Position numbers and translations under genes: made by a program. Positions 53,973-64,000 of a stretch of 64,000 nucleotides of DNA are shown here, piece by piece. Each line of letters opens with the position of its first letter. The first letter of the stretch is position 1. The notes under the pieces were generated by a model. It had not been told where the DNA came from and ran no database searches. It worked only from the letters and a program-made list of their open reading frames with translations. This DNA is from Verrucomicrobiales bacterium (GTDB taxonomy: Bacteria; Verrucomicrobiota; Verrucomicrobiia; Verrucomicrobiales; V1-33). The DNA is taken from contig JANOAV010000157.1 of the NCBI GenBank assembly GCA_031411295.1, forward strand, positions 96,001 through 160,000, given 5' to 3'.

Positions 53973-54905
53973 TTATTTTGGTTGATCTTGTTTCGCAATA
54001 ATATCCGTGATGAGCAGCGCCAACTCCAAGGCATTGGTCGCTTCCACGCCCCCAACCTTCGGCCGCGCTCCTGAGGCGGCACATTGGGTGAAGGCTTGCA
54101 GTTCCAAGCGCAGCGGCTCCTGCTTTTCCAGCGAGATGGGCTCATGCGAGATGCCAGTTGGGCTCTTGAAATAGACTTCACCCGTCTGCGCAAAGTAATC
54201 CAGCGAGAGGTAGGCATCGGACTGGAACACCCGAATCTTCCGCAAGCGATCCGGAGAGATCCGGCTGGTGGTGATATTGGCGACACAGCCATTGGCGAAG
54301 CGAATCCGTGCATTCGCGATGTCCTCGCGAGCCGTTAGCACGCTAACACCCACTGCATCCACGGATGTGACTTCGCTCTTAACCAAGTGTAAAATCACTT
54401 CCAAATCATGAATCATGAGATCCAACACCACCCCGATGTCCATACTCCGATTGGGAAATGGCGAGAGCCGATGGGCTTCGATAAAGCGTGGTTGGGTCAT
54501 GCGCTTTTCCAACTCGGCAATCACGGGATTGAAACGCTCCACGTGCCCAACTTGCAGCACACAGCCGGTTTCCGTGGCTTTGTTAATGAGCATTCTGGCG
54601 GCTTCGACGGTGTCAGCAATAGGCTTCTCCATGAAGACATGCTTGCCGGCATTCATCAATTCCAGTCCCAGCGGGAGATGCACGGTGGTCGGAGCAGCCA
54701 CGGTGGCAGCCTCCACCATGGCTAAGAATTGCGTCATCTCGGAAACGGCCACGGTGCCGAACTCAGCCGCGACCGCTTGGGCGCGCTCGGCATCGTTGTC
54801 GTAGATGCAAGCGAAGTTGACTTCCTCCATGGATGACAGCACCCGCGCATGGTTGCGCCCCATGGCTCCGGCACCGATCACACCAACATTGATTTTTTGA
54901 TTCAT
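53973..54905 (-). CDS. Gfo/Idh/MocA oxidoreductase (WbpB/GnnA-like 3-dehydrogenase)
   Basis: GAGAMG, MEKP, VGHVERFNP and DLMIHD; lies between the WbpE-like and WbpD-like genes. Confidence 0.88.
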   Translation of the reverse strand: MNQKINVGVIGAGAMGRNHARVLSSMEEVNFACIYDNDAERAQAVAAEFGTVAVSEMTQFLAMVEAATVAAPTTVHLPLGLELMNAGKHVFMEKPIADTVEAARMLINKATETGCVLQVGHVERFNPVIAELEKRMTQPRFIEAHRLSPFPNRSMDIGVVLDLMIHDLEVILHLVKSEVTSVDAVGVSVLTAREDIANARIRFANGCVANITTSRISPDRLRKIRVFQSDAYLSLDYFAQTGEVYFKSPTGISHEPISLEKQEPLRLELQAFTQCAASGARPKVGGVEATNALELALLITDIIAKQDQPK

Positions 54906-54924
54906 GGTCTTGGAAATTTGTAAA

Positions 54925-56019
54925 CTAGCCCAGCACGGCAGTGAACGAGGCGCACACTTGCTCGATTTCTGCATCCGATAGATAAGGGTTCATTGGCAGA
55001 CTGAGCCCCTGATTGGCCACCATTTCGGCATTGGGGAAATCTCCCTTTTGGTGTCCCAGATCACTAAACACCGGCTGCAAGTGCAGCGGCACCGCATAAT
55101 AACTCACGGACGGAACCCCTGCCGCAGAGAGGGCGACATTGATTGCGTCTCGCTGTGGCGAGAGCACCGTGTATTGCGCATAGACAGAAGTGTTACCCGC
55201 AGCAATGAACGGCAGCGTCACGCCAAGCCCCGCCAGACGTTCGTTGTATGTCGCTGCCACCTGCTGCCGCTTCAGAATTTCATCGTCGAAAATTTCCAGC
55301 TTCTCCAATAGAATTGCGGCCTGCAACGTGTCCAAGCGGCCGTTGATTCCCAAGATGGGATGGTGATGCTTTTTGGCTTGGCCATGAACTCGAATCTGCT
55401 TCATAGTCTCCGCCAGGGCATCATCGTCCGTGAACAGTGCGCCACCATCGCCATAACATCCAAGCGGCTTGGAGGGAAAGAAGGAAGTGCTGCCAATCCC
55501 AGATAAAGCGCACGACCGCTTCCCATGATGAGTAGCCCCGAACGACTGCGCGGCATCCTCAATCACTGGAAGTTGATGCCGTTCCGCTATCGCGTTGATA
55601 GCCGTCATATCCGCCACTTGGCCATAAATCCCAACTGGCATAATCGCTTTGGTCCGTGGGGTGATCGCTGCTTCCAACTGGTTGGCGTCCAGATTCCAAG
55701 TTTTGGCATCAATATCGACGAAGACCGGCTTGGCACCGAGCAATGCAATCATCTCTGCCGTAGAGATCCAGGTATATGGCACCGTGATGACCTCATCCCC
55801 TGGTCCAATTCCCAGCGCCATCATGGCGATGAGCAAGGTATCTGTCCCACTGGCAGCACCGATACAATGCTTCACGCCAACGTAATCAGCCAAGCGGGTT
55901 TCCAGTTCCAAATTTTCCGGCCCCAAGATGTAGGAGCCATGATCCAACACTGCGGCTATGCGGCGGTCGATGCGGTCGCGAATGCGTTTCTGCTGAGATT
56001 TAAGATCGATAAATTCCAT
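54925..56019 (-). CDS. wbpE: WbpE/WlbC-like aminotransferase
   Basis: MEFIDLKSQQ.RI...AVLDHG.YILGPE, EDAAQSFGA, SFFPSKPLGCYGDGG and NGRLDTLQAA. Confidence 0.88.
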   Translation of the reverse strand: MEFIDLKSQQKRIRDRIDRRIAAVLDHGSYILGPENLELETRLADYVGVKHCIGAASGTDTLLIAMMALGIGPGDEVITVPYTWISTAEMIALLGAKPVFVDIDAKTWNLDANQLEAAITPRTKAIMPVGIYGQVADMTAINAIAERHQLPVIEDAAQSFGATHHGKRSCALSGIGSTSFFPSKPLGCYGDGGALFTDDDALAETMKQIRVHGQAKKHHHPILGINGRLDTLQAAILLEKLEIFDDEILKRQQVAATYNERLAGLGVTLPFIAAGNTSVYAQYTVLSPQRDAINVALSAAGVPSVSYYAVPLHLQPVFSDLGHQKGDFPNAEMVANQGLSLPMNPYLSDAEIEQVCASFTAVLG

Positions 56020-56059
56020 GATGGGGAGGGACGGGAGTCGTTAGTAAAGTTTGAAAGTT

Positions 56060-57238
56060 TCAGGCCTCAATGGCACGCTGGTAGGCTCGTTGCAACTGGT
56101 CGGTGGACTTCGCCCAACTTAGGTCTGCGTGGAGTCGCTCGAAACCGAGTTTCCCCATCTGCTCGCGGCGGGCGGGATCGTCCAGCAGTTCAGCGATGGT
56201 TTGGGCGAAGAGGGAAGCGGAGTTTTCGGTCACGTAGGCGGCGGCATCTCCGGCGGAAATTCTGCCTTCACGAATCTCGAACATGACTTGAGGCTTGGCG
56301 AAGGCCATGTATTCCAGGGTCTTGTTCATCGTGCAGTGCTGGTTGAAATCATTGATTGGATCGCAGGACAGACCTACATCCATCGTGGTGAGCGCTTGGC
56401 TCAGGAAGGAATCGGATACCCGGCCGGGCAAATCGATGTAATCCTGCAGGCCATAGGAATCGCGCAGGGCAACGACTTTATCGTAATCCTCCCCCGTGCC
56501 CATGAGGAGAAATTGCACGTCGTCCCGTTTCATATCGCGCACCAGATGGCGCGCGGCTTCGATCAAGTAAGGCACGCCATCTTGCACGCCCATCACGCCA
56601 ATGTAGGCGGCTAGGAATTTCCGCCCGCGCTTGAGCGCTGGGTCAGGCGCGATGCTAGTATCGATGGCTTTCGGTGAAGTGCGCACCACGAAGACATCTT
56701 CCTCTTTCTTTTTCCCGCGTTCTTTCACAATGGACAGCACGGATTCATTAGTCGCAATAACTACATTCGCCAGCGCCAGAGTGCAGCGTTCTGCGAACCG
56801 CACGATCCAATACAGCGCATTACGCCGACGGAACTTTTCTTCGAATAACTCCGGCGTGATGTCATGCACATCGAAGATCACTTTGGCTCCCAGCAACTTG
56901 TATGGCAACGCCACGAGAAACAATATGTCCGGCGGATTGCAGAGATGGATAACATCGAATTTCTTCCTGCGCCAAGCTTTGAACGCCAGGCGAAACTCTC
57001 CCCACAGCGCATGGGTGTATTCCTTCAGGAAGCCTACCACTCCCGAGCCTTCCAGCGCCAGCGGATGGCGATACACTTGGATGCCTTCCAGCACCTCGTC
57101 CGCTGTGTTGTATCCTTTCATCATCGGACAAATCACCGCCACCTCATGCCCCAGGTCGCGCAGCGCGCAAGCCTCCTGCCATACGCGCCGATCAAACGGC
57201 ACGGGTAAATTTTCAACGATAATCAGGACACTCGCCAT
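56060..57238 (-). CDS. Family 4 glycosyltransferase (WbuB-like)
   Basis: ENLPVPFDRRV, CNPPD, FDVHD..PE and NKTLEYMA. Confidence 0.9.
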   Translation of the reverse strand: MASVLIIVENLPVPFDRRVWQEACALRDLGHEVAVICPMMKGYNTADEVLEGIQVYRHPLALEGSGVVGFLKEYTHALWGEFRLAFKAWRRKKFDVIHLCNPPDILFLVALPYKLLGAKVIFDVHDITPELFEEKFRRRNALYWIVRFAERCTLALANVVIATNESVLSIVKERGKKKEEDVFVVRTSPKAIDTSIAPDPALKRGRKFLAAYIGVMGVQDGVPYLIEAARHLVRDMKRDDVQFLLMGTGEDYDKVVALRDSYGLQDYIDLPGRVSDSFLSQALTTMDVGLSCDPINDFNQHCTMNKTLEYMAFAKPQVMFEIREGRISAGDAAAYVTENSASLFAQTIAELLDDPARREQMGKLGFERLHADLSWAKSTDQLQRAYQRAIEA

Positions 57239-57239
57239 G

Positions 57240-58106
57240 CTAGTGCTTTGGTTTCAGATGCGCCCACAAATGCCATCCCATCAGCTTTCCACCCGGCAAG
57301 CCATGAACTGGAAGCGGTGGGGCGTGCATGAATCGCTTGTAGGTTTTCACCAATTCGAAGTCAGGGAAATCCTCCCGCAGGGACGCTTCATCATACACTT
57401 TGGCATAGGGATTGTGCGGACCGTCCGTGTTGCGATGGATGAAGTTTTCCATCTTCAAATAGTTCCCCAGTCCAACCTTCTTGGCGTTCGCTACGTGCTC
57501 GCCAATGATGCCGGTCTGCTTATTCATGGCGTAGGCCGCCAGTAATCCAAGCCGTCGCAGCACACAGATCGAGAGCAGATAGTTCAACGACCACTTGGCA
57601 TACATCATGATGATCAACTCGCCATCCGGCTTGAGCGTGCGATGAATTTCCCGCTGGGCAGTCTTGATATCGGGCACGTGGTGCAGCACTCCATGGCTAA
57701 AGATGATGTCGAACGTGGCGTCAGAAAATGGCGAATCCAGGATACTTCCCTGCATGATGTGCTCTGAAGCCATCCCGCGGAGTTGGAATCTTGTCTTCAC
57801 CCGATCCACCGCCGCTTGGGTTAGATCCAGTCCAGAATATTTGGCTCCTCGACGTGCGATCTGTTCGGCATCCGCACCTTGTCCCAGGCCGATCTCCAGC
57901 GTGCGCTTATCTTTAAAATCGATCGCATCCAGTGCGGCTGGAATATGCGATTCCATGTCGTAACGGAACTTGTCATAGGCATCGAAGAACTTGGCGTAAT
58001 CGCTCTGATACGCCTGATCTAATCCGCCGATGAGGCCATCACCGCAGGGGTGCTTTTGCCAGAAATCTTGTATTTGTCCTTCTTCCATGAAATTTTGAAT
58101 TCGCAT
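57240..58106 (-). CDS. Class I SAM-dependent methyltransferase
   Basis: LEIGLGQG, FDIIFSHGVLHH and LKPDG. Confidence 0.9.
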   Translation of the reverse strand: MRIQNFMEEGQIQDFWQKHPCGDGLIGGLDQAYQSDYAKFFDAYDKFRYDMESHIPAALDAIDFKDKRTLEIGLGQGADAEQIARRGAKYSGLDLTQAAVDRVKTRFQLRGMASEHIMQGSILDSPFSDATFDIIFSHGVLHHVPDIKTAQREIHRTLKPDGELIIMMYAKWSLNYLLSICVLRRLGLLAAYAMNKQTGIIGEHVANAKKVGLGNYLKMENFIHRNTDGPHNPYAKVYDEASLREDFPDFELVKTYKRFMHAPPLPVHGLPGGKLMGWHLWAHLKPKH

Positions 58107-58111
58107 TTAGA

Positions 58112-59413
58112 TCACCAGCAACTTCCGGAATACTGTGCCGGTAAGGTTTCCAGCTCAGGCCATCCGTTCACATCCAGAATGTGCTGCTCACTCGTCACGT
58201 GCTGCGTCAGGTCCGTGAGGGGGCAACATTTCTGGGAAATGATCAGCAACTCCGCTCCGGCTAGGGCTTCGGCAAGCGTGTCGCAAAGCAGATCCGCCAA
58301 ATGTGGCATCGTTCTGCGAATCACTCGCTCATTGCTGCCCATGACTTCGGCTAGGTTGAGATGGGGATCGTAAATTTTCAGTGCCCGACCCTCGCCCAGC
58401 ATACTCTCCGCCACGGCCACCATGGGACTTCCGCGCAGATCATCGGTGTCATTTTTAAATGCTAGTCCAACGATGGCAATCTTCTTTGCCCCAGTGTCTT
58501 CGATCTGCTTCAGCAACGCATCCAAGTGGGCTTGATTGGTTGGCAGCGTGCTTTGCAGCATCGGCAGCGCAATGCCTTCCTGCCGGGCGAATGATGCCAG
58601 TGCGCTGACATCCTTGGGCAGACACGAACCACCAAAGGGATTCCCCGGCTTGAGGTAATACTTGGAAATATTCAGTCTGGTGTCCTGGCAAACGACATCC
58701 ATCACGCGACGGGAATCAACCCCCACAGCCTTGCCGATACGGCCGATTTCATTGGCGAAGGCCACTTTAACCGCGTGGAAATAGTTGCAGGTGTATTTGA
58801 TTAATTCAGAACCTTCCCACGTGAGGAATTGGGGTGTGCCACCCAGCAGCAGTTCCACCGCTGAATCCCCCAGGGGTTCGCCATCGCTGGTGCCCAGCAC
58901 GGAAAGTGATGGTGAGCGAAAATCTGCCAGTGCAGTGCCCTCGCGCAGAAACTCAGGGCAGTAAGCGATCTTCACCATCCCGGTTGCCAAAAGTTCACCG
59001 AAGAATTCCTCCGCCATGGAACGAGTGCTGCCGGGCAACATCGTGGAGCGGAAGATCAGAACGTGCGGTTGCTTCTTCTCACGCAGCGCCTCGGCAATCT
59101 GCGCGCTCACTTGCCGGACGTAGTTCAAATTTAGGCGTCCATTCTCCAAAGACGGCGTGCCCACGCAGACGATGGAAATTTCACTCTGCTGAATCGCGAA
59201 CGATGGCGAAGTCGTGCCGCTCAGCAGGCCGTTGGCGGCAGCCTGACGCAGCAGACCGTCCAGTCCAGGCTCCACGATGGGGCTTTCCCCTTGGTTGAAT
59301 GCCTCTGTCTTCTTCTCCGCCACATCGGCACCGATCACGCGATGCCCTTGTTCAGTAAGGCATCCTGCGGTGACCGCGCCAACGTATCCCAGTCCAAAAA
59401 TACTGATATTCAT
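58112..59413 (-). CDS. UDP-glucose/GDP-mannose 6-dehydrogenase family (AlgD-like)
   Basis: GLGYVG, CVGTP, PEFLREG, FGGSCLPKD and GLAFK..TDDLR. Confidence 0.93.
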   Translation of the reverse strand: MNISIFGLGYVGAVTAGCLTEQGHRVIGADVAEKKTEAFNQGESPIVEPGLDGLLRQAAANGLLSGTTSPSFAIQQSEISIVCVGTPSLENGRLNLNYVRQVSAQIAEALREKKQPHVLIFRSTMLPGSTRSMAEEFFGELLATGMVKIAYCPEFLREGTALADFRSPSLSVLGTSDGEPLGDSAVELLLGGTPQFLTWEGSELIKYTCNYFHAVKVAFANEIGRIGKAVGVDSRRVMDVVCQDTRLNISKYYLKPGNPFGGSCLPKDVSALASFARQEGIALPMLQSTLPTNQAHLDALLKQIEDTGAKKIAIVGLAFKNDTDDLRGSPMVAVAESMLGEGRALKIYDPHLNLAEVMGSNERVIRRTMPHLADLLCDTLAEALAGAELLIISQKCCPLTDLTQHVTSEQHILDVNGWPELETLPAQYSGSCW

Positions 59414-59422
59414 ATCGAAAAT

Positions 59423-61324
59423 TTAGTGCAACAGCGTCGTGCGGAGTTTTGTCCGCACGGTCATTTGTTTAGTGCAGTGGCCGGAAACACGAATCACGGC
59501 AGAGCGGTTCAATCGCTTGTAGTAAGGGGAGCAGAGGCCGACCATGCCATTTTCCTCGGAAGGCTGAATGAGTTCCGTTTTAATGTCCGCATCCGCTCCA
59601 ATCGCAAACTCAAAGGCTTCGCGCACGCCTACCACCAAGTATCCGCCACTTGTCGTTTCCACCAGAAGACCTGGGGCGAACTGCCAGTGAATCGCGAAAT
59701 CCGCAGCCACCGCAGAAATGGTATCCGTGATGTCCCAACCGCTTTCCTGGCGCTGGATCGAACGCTCGATCCGGTTGGAACCCAACTTGCTAGAGACGTG
59801 CAATGCCCCGTCCACCAACTCCAGCTTTGGCACCGCATGAGGACGCCCCCAGAGAAAGGAACCGTAACGTGGAGGGTAAAGTTTATCTTCTGCAAAGTGC
59901 GGACCGTTATGCGCTTGGCGGGATACGAAGTGCTCGCGAATCGCATCTTCATTAAAATAACTTCCGGTGCCCGGATCAACAATGATGGCGTGATGATTTT
60001 TCCAGAGCGACAGGTGCAAGGCATCCAAATGCCCATGTGCGGCAATGGAACCAAACCCCAACGCACTAGCATCCACTCGCAGATGCCAATCCTCTGGTGC
60101 CGTCACGGCATAGCCACTTTCGGGGAACAAATTCCAATGGTTCAAATCCGGCTGGGGCGAGGCCGAAAACGATCCCAGCCAGTAGGCAAAACCAGAGTCC
60201 GTTCCCCCGTTGAGCCAAGCAACCCACTCTGCTAGGGCAGTGCTTGTTTTGCCATAAAATGGCGTGATGTGAGCATCATCGCTATCCCCGAAATCCCATG
60301 ACTCTTCGTGCTCCGCCATGGCGCAGAAGAACTGGGCCGCCCCTTGCAGGCGGGTGGTGGCGTGGGCACTCGGCGTGATGCCAGCGCCCTTGGCGGCATG
60401 GAGTCCCTGCCAGCCAAGCTCCCAGGCAAATAAATGATAGTGCAGCGCCTGCTCACGGTTCCCGCCATCGGAGGCGAACTGACGGAGCAGTTCCTTCTCC
60501 ATCTTGTGGGCCAGCGCAGACATGGGAGTGGACCACGAGGCGGCTGCAGACCAACGCGCTTGCGCCACCATCAGTCCGCAGAGTTCGCCCAGTAAATGAT
60601 TGTTAGCAGAACTGCCAAACGATTGATGCCGCTGCACCCACCAGACATGCGCCGGGACAATTTCCTGAGCCAGCACGTCGAGTCGGGCGGCTTGATCAGC
60701 AGTTAAATCAACCCCACGCAGCAGGGCGTCGATCCAAGTAAAGTTAATCAACCGCAGGCCGGGCTCCATCGGACTGGTCCAGTTCAATCCGCGTCCCACG
60801 GGATTATGCTGCAACCAGTCTTCTAACAATCCCAGGACATATTCCACCGCTGGACCATCCAATCCCAAATAAGCTGCCTGCGCTACCCGCACGGCCTGCA
60901 CCCAGCGACTCAGCTCCCACACGATGCGGGCATCGACGTTTGGTTGCTGCCGATAGTTTAACTCACGTGCTGGTTTCAGTTCCACTAACTGACCGCCAGA
61001 AAGGTAGTCACGATGCCACACCGGTGGGAAGCCAACCGTAATTTGATGACCGTGGAGGATCGTCCAAGAACCCTGCATGATGTCCTGCGCTTCCTGCACG
61101 ACGAATTCCCTAATATCAATTGGGCAGGCTAGTGGATCGGGTAGCTTCGGGAAATTCTTGGGCTCTCCTAACAGGCGTTCCGTTGCCTGCAAGGCCTGCA
61201 ACGCAGCATCCACGGAGCGCTGACGCAAGGCCGCTCGGACGCGCAGCGCCACTTCCGTGGGACCCATCGCTTTGAGGCGATGGAAATACCAACGAAGGTT
61301 TTTCGACTGTGGTTTAACCGACAT
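59423..61324 (-). CDS. Heparinase II/III-like protein
   Basis: WELSR, NHLLGE, DGG..EQ..YH, AHGHLDAL, DPGT..Y and AHN. Confidence 0.88.
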   Translation of the reverse strand: MSVKPQSKNLRWYFHRLKAMGPTEVALRVRAALRQRSVDAALQALQATERLLGEPKNFPKLPDPLACPIDIREFVVQEAQDIMQGSWTILHGHQITVGFPPVWHRDYLSGGQLVELKPARELNYRQQPNVDARIVWELSRWVQAVRVAQAAYLGLDGPAVEYVLGLLEDWLQHNPVGRGLNWTSPMEPGLRLINFTWIDALLRGVDLTADQAARLDVLAQEIVPAHVWWVQRHQSFGSSANNHLLGELCGLMVAQARWSAAASWSTPMSALAHKMEKELLRQFASDGGNREQALHYHLFAWELGWQGLHAAKGAGITPSAHATTRLQGAAQFFCAMAEHEESWDFGDSDDAHITPFYGKTSTALAEWVAWLNGGTDSGFAYWLGSFSASPQPDLNHWNLFPESGYAVTAPEDWHLRVDASALGFGSIAAHGHLDALHLSLWKNHHAIIVDPGTGSYFNEDAIREHFVSRQAHNGPHFAEDKLYPPRYGSFLWGRPHAVPKLELVDGALHVSSKLGSNRIERSIQRQESGWDITDTISAVAADFAIHWQFAPGLLVETTSGGYLVVGVREAFEFAIGADADIKTELIQPSEENGMVGLCSPYYKRLNRSAVIRVSGHCTKQMTVRTKLRTTLLH

Positions 61325-61331
61325 TTTAATT

Positions 61332-63491
61332 TTAGAGCGCGACCGTCGCGCGTTGTTGGATGGACTCCAAAAGCCCAAACGTCAGATGCATCGACTGTCG
61401 GCATTGCTCATAGGACAAAGGATGCGGAGCTTCGCTTTTGAGGAACTTCAACCATGCCTGCATTTCCTCAGCGTGGCCTTTGCCAGCGTATTTTTGCACT
61501 GAGCGCTTGCCCCGTGTGCAAATTTCCAACTGCTGGAAATTTTCGCAGCGTGCGGTTAGGCCAGCGGCGTAAACCGTGAAGACTTCCTTGGGGAAGGAGT
61601 GGTCACCTTGAGCGCTGTAGATTAGCTGACCACACGAGCCATCGGCAAACTCCACCTGTGCGGTAACACTATCCGGGAAGGGCAGGACGCCATCCGTCGG
61701 CCAGACGGTTTGTGCGGTCACTTTCACTGGTTTCGAGCCGAGCACATGGCAGAAGAAATCCAGAAAATGGCAACCTTCGCCCAGGATGCGACCACCGCTT
61801 TCGGCGTAGTTGGCGAACCAATGATCCGGCTTGAGCGCTCCAGGATAGACATGGAAGGCAATGGTCTTGGGACCAGGAATCGTGGCGAGACGTTTTTTTA
61901 CTTCCACGGTGGCGGGGGCGAAACGTCGATTGAAGCCCACCATCACGCTACCGCTGCTGGTGGCGTAGGCTTCATCGATGGCGGCCATCTCCTCACGGGT
62001 TAGGCAGAGGGGCTTCTCCACAAAGATATGACGATTGGCTTTCAAGCCTTCCAAGACCATGGGGGCATGGAGATGGTGCCGCGTGCCAATGATGACTGCG
62101 CGGTTTCCCGACTGGCTCCAGGCTTTGCTGGCGTTGGTTTCAGCGGCATCGAAGGAAAATTTCTCCTTCACATGGCGTGCGCTCAGCGGGGTGGCGTTGA
62201 CGATGGTGCCGAACGCGACGTTTCCGCGCAAGGCGGGCAGGAGCATGGTGCGGGCGAAGTTGCCTGCGCCGACGACGTCTAGTTTATCGATGGGCGTTGA
62301 ATTCTTGGCGCTGCGGAATTCTTGGGCGTTAGGGGAGGCCGAGGGTTGCTGGGCTTGGGGGCTGGAAGCCCCCGCCACTTCGTATTGGAGGACGACTCCG
62401 ATGTCGGAACAGTCTGGTTTGGTTAGTTCATCATAGACCGCCAGGCAATCGTCGTAGGGAACCTGACGGGAGGTGAATAAACCAACGTCCAACGCACCAC
62501 TGCGCATCAATTGCAGGCAGGCGTCGAAATTGCGCTGCTCGGTCCAACGAACGTAGCCGACCGGATAGTCGTGACCGCCCCATTCGTAACCGGCATCGTA
62601 GCGCCCAGGCCCGTAAGAGCGGGAGTAGCGGATTTCGATTTCCTTATGGAAACATTCCTTCCAATTCAACGTGGCATCCGTAATGCCTACGATGACCATG
62701 ACGCCACGGTCGCGCAGCGCTGAGACCGCTTGTTCCACGGGCGCGTTGCTGCCAGCAGTGCAAATGAAGGCGCGGTCCACGCCGTAACCTTGGGTCCAAG
62801 CGTTGACGGCATCGGCCAGTTTGGTGTTGCGGGGATTGACCACCATTTCCGCGCCAGCCTGCAAGGCTGTGTCCAAGCGACGCTGATCCAGATCGGTCGC
62901 CATGACCCGGGCTCCGGCAGCTTTTAAAATTGAGGTAGTCAGCAGTCCGACCAATCCTGAACCGATCACCAAAACGCGTTCGCCTAACGTGACACCACTT
63001 TGCCGCACGCCATGCATGGAAATGGAGGCCATGGTGGTGTAGGCTGCTTGCCAATTCTCTACGCCTTCAGGAATCTTAGCCGCCAACATGTCGGGGATAG
63101 CGAGATACTCGGCGTGCCAGGCGCATTCTGCACCTCCAACTGCCACGCGATCGCCTACTTGGAATCGACTATTGAATGGATCCACCGCTTCGACGATTCC
63201 AGCCGCACTGTAACCAAGGGGCGTCGGTGACTCCAAGCGATTACGGACTTTCTCCAGAGCCGCTTTCCAGCCAAGCGTGCGGGCGGATTCGAGCACCTTC
63301 TTCACCTGATCTGGGCGCGCCTTGGCTTTCTGCAGGAGATTCATTTTCGCCTGCTCCACCTTCATCTTTTCCGTGCCCGGGCTAATGACGGTATGGGTGG
63401 TGCGAACGAGAATGCCGCCGGGCGGAGCCGTGGGCACGGGAGTTTCCTGCAACTCCATTTTGCCGTTCTGATATTGCGCCAAATGTTTCAT
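61332..63491 (-). CDS. Bi-domain oxidoreductase (MDR dehydrogenase fused to Gfo/Idh/MocA)
   Basis: ISPGTE, PLGYSAAG, SYGPGRYD..YVRWTEQRN, then GAGNFA, VEKP and VGFNRRF. Confidence 0.9.
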   Translation of the reverse strand: MKHLAQYQNGKMELQETPVPTAPPGGILVRTTHTVISPGTEKMKVEQAKMNLLQKAKARPDQVKKVLESARTLGWKAALEKVRNRLESPTPLGYSAAGIVEAVDPFNSRFQVGDRVAVGGAECAWHAEYLAIPDMLAAKIPEGVENWQAAYTTMASISMHGVRQSGVTLGERVLVIGSGLVGLLTTSILKAAGARVMATDLDQRRLDTALQAGAEMVVNPRNTKLADAVNAWTQGYGVDRAFICTAGSNAPVEQAVSALRDRGVMVIVGITDATLNWKECFHKEIEIRYSRSYGPGRYDAGYEWGGHDYPVGYVRWTEQRNFDACLQLMRSGALDVGLFTSRQVPYDDCLAVYDELTKPDCSDIGVVLQYEVAGASSPQAQQPSASPNAQEFRSAKNSTPIDKLDVVGAGNFARTMLLPALRGNVAFGTIVNATPLSARHVKEKFSFDAAETNASKAWSQSGNRAVIIGTRHHLHAPMVLEGLKANRHIFVEKPLCLTREEMAAIDEAYATSSGSVMVGFNRRFAPATVEVKKRLATIPGPKTIAFHVYPGALKPDHWFANYAESGGRILGEGCHFLDFFCHVLGSKPVKVTAQTVWPTDGVLPFPDSVTAQVEFADGSCGQLIYSAQGDHSFPKEVFTVYAAGLTARCENFQQLEICTRGKRSVQKYAGKGHAEEMQAWLKFLKSEAPHPLSYEQCRQSMHLTFGLLESIQQRATVAL

Positions 63492-63500
63492 GAAAATTCT

Positions 63501-64000
63501 CTACGCAGCCTCTGCCAAAGATTGGGGCACTTCGTCCAGGAAGCGCTGACACCAGATCTCGAAGGACAAGAGGAAGTAAATTAAGTAACTGTAGTCCTGC
63601 TCGCCACGAGCATTCCGCTCAATCAGTTTCGCCACTGCGACGGGATCGAAAATGCCTCGTTGCTTGATGCGGTCGGGACTGAGGAGATCACCTATCATCT
63701 CGCGGAGGTCTTGTTTAATCCAGGTGCGGATGGGGGCACCAAAGCCGCCCTTTTTGCGATCAATGATTTCGTCATCCAGCACGCCACGCATGGCTTGTTT
63801 GAACAGATGCTTTCGCGTGCGACCTTTTAGTTTCAACGTTGGAGCGACATGAGCCATGTGCGCGACGACTTCGTTGTCGATTAACGGCACGCGGACTTCC
63901 AAGCTATGAGCCATACTGGTTTTATCCGTATAGGCCAGATTCAATGACGGCAGGAACGTTCCCATGTCGAGGTGCAGCATTTGATTGATCCAGTGCAGAT
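63501..64000 (-). CDS. asnB: Asparagine synthase (glutamine-hydrolysing)-like amidotransferase, 3' part only
   Basis: DKTSMAHSLEVRVPLID, RKKGGFGAP and FEIW; truncated by the window edge. Confidence 0.9.
   Translation of the reverse strand, partial: LHWINQMLHLDMGTFLPSLNLAYTDKTSMAHSLEVRVPLIDNEVVAHMAHVAPTLKLKGRTRKHLFKQAMRGVLDDEIIDRKKGGFGAPIRTWIKQDLREMIGDLLSPDRIKQRGIFDPVAVAKLIERNARGEQDYSYLIYFLLSFEIWCQRFLDEVPQSLAEAA

Overview
GC-rich bacterial chromosome segment, most likely Verrucomicrobiota. This is inferred from the PEP-CTERM protein, the DUF1501 and DUF1549/DUF1553 proteins and the verrucomicrobial-style C-terminal domains. Bases 1-13.4 kb hold large exported proteins: an Ig-repeat/lamin-tail/CotH-kinase giant, a DUF1549/1553-DUF1501 pair and a beta-strand-repeat PEP-CTERM protein. 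Bases 13.4-33 kb are housekeeping and accessory genes: radC, glnS, tRNA-Arg(ACG), vapBC, an isolated nuoBC, a sugar isomerase, a DUF4038 hydrolase, DUF2868, a beta-lactamase-family hydrolase divergent from a BLIP-like protein, apbE with a GT-C membrane protein, gluQ and a second DUF1549/1553 protein. A mosaic secreted SGNH esterase lies at 33.4-36 kb. From 35.9 kb to the window end runs a minus-strand surface-polysaccharide locus (at least 28 kb, 26 genes, truncated) with three amino-sugar modules, acetamidino (WbuXYZ-type) genes, Wzx and a terminal GT2/GT-C cassette. I saw no CRISPR array, IS element, integrase or rRNA. The best leads are a shared C-terminal putative sorting domain, the nested esterase, the hydrolase/BLIP-like pair, a Rex/CRP-type palindrome at nuoB, a sigma-54 promoter at the PEP-CTERM gene and an SDR pair in which one member lacks the catalytic Tyr. 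All family assignments come from motif recognition by eye; no searches were run.
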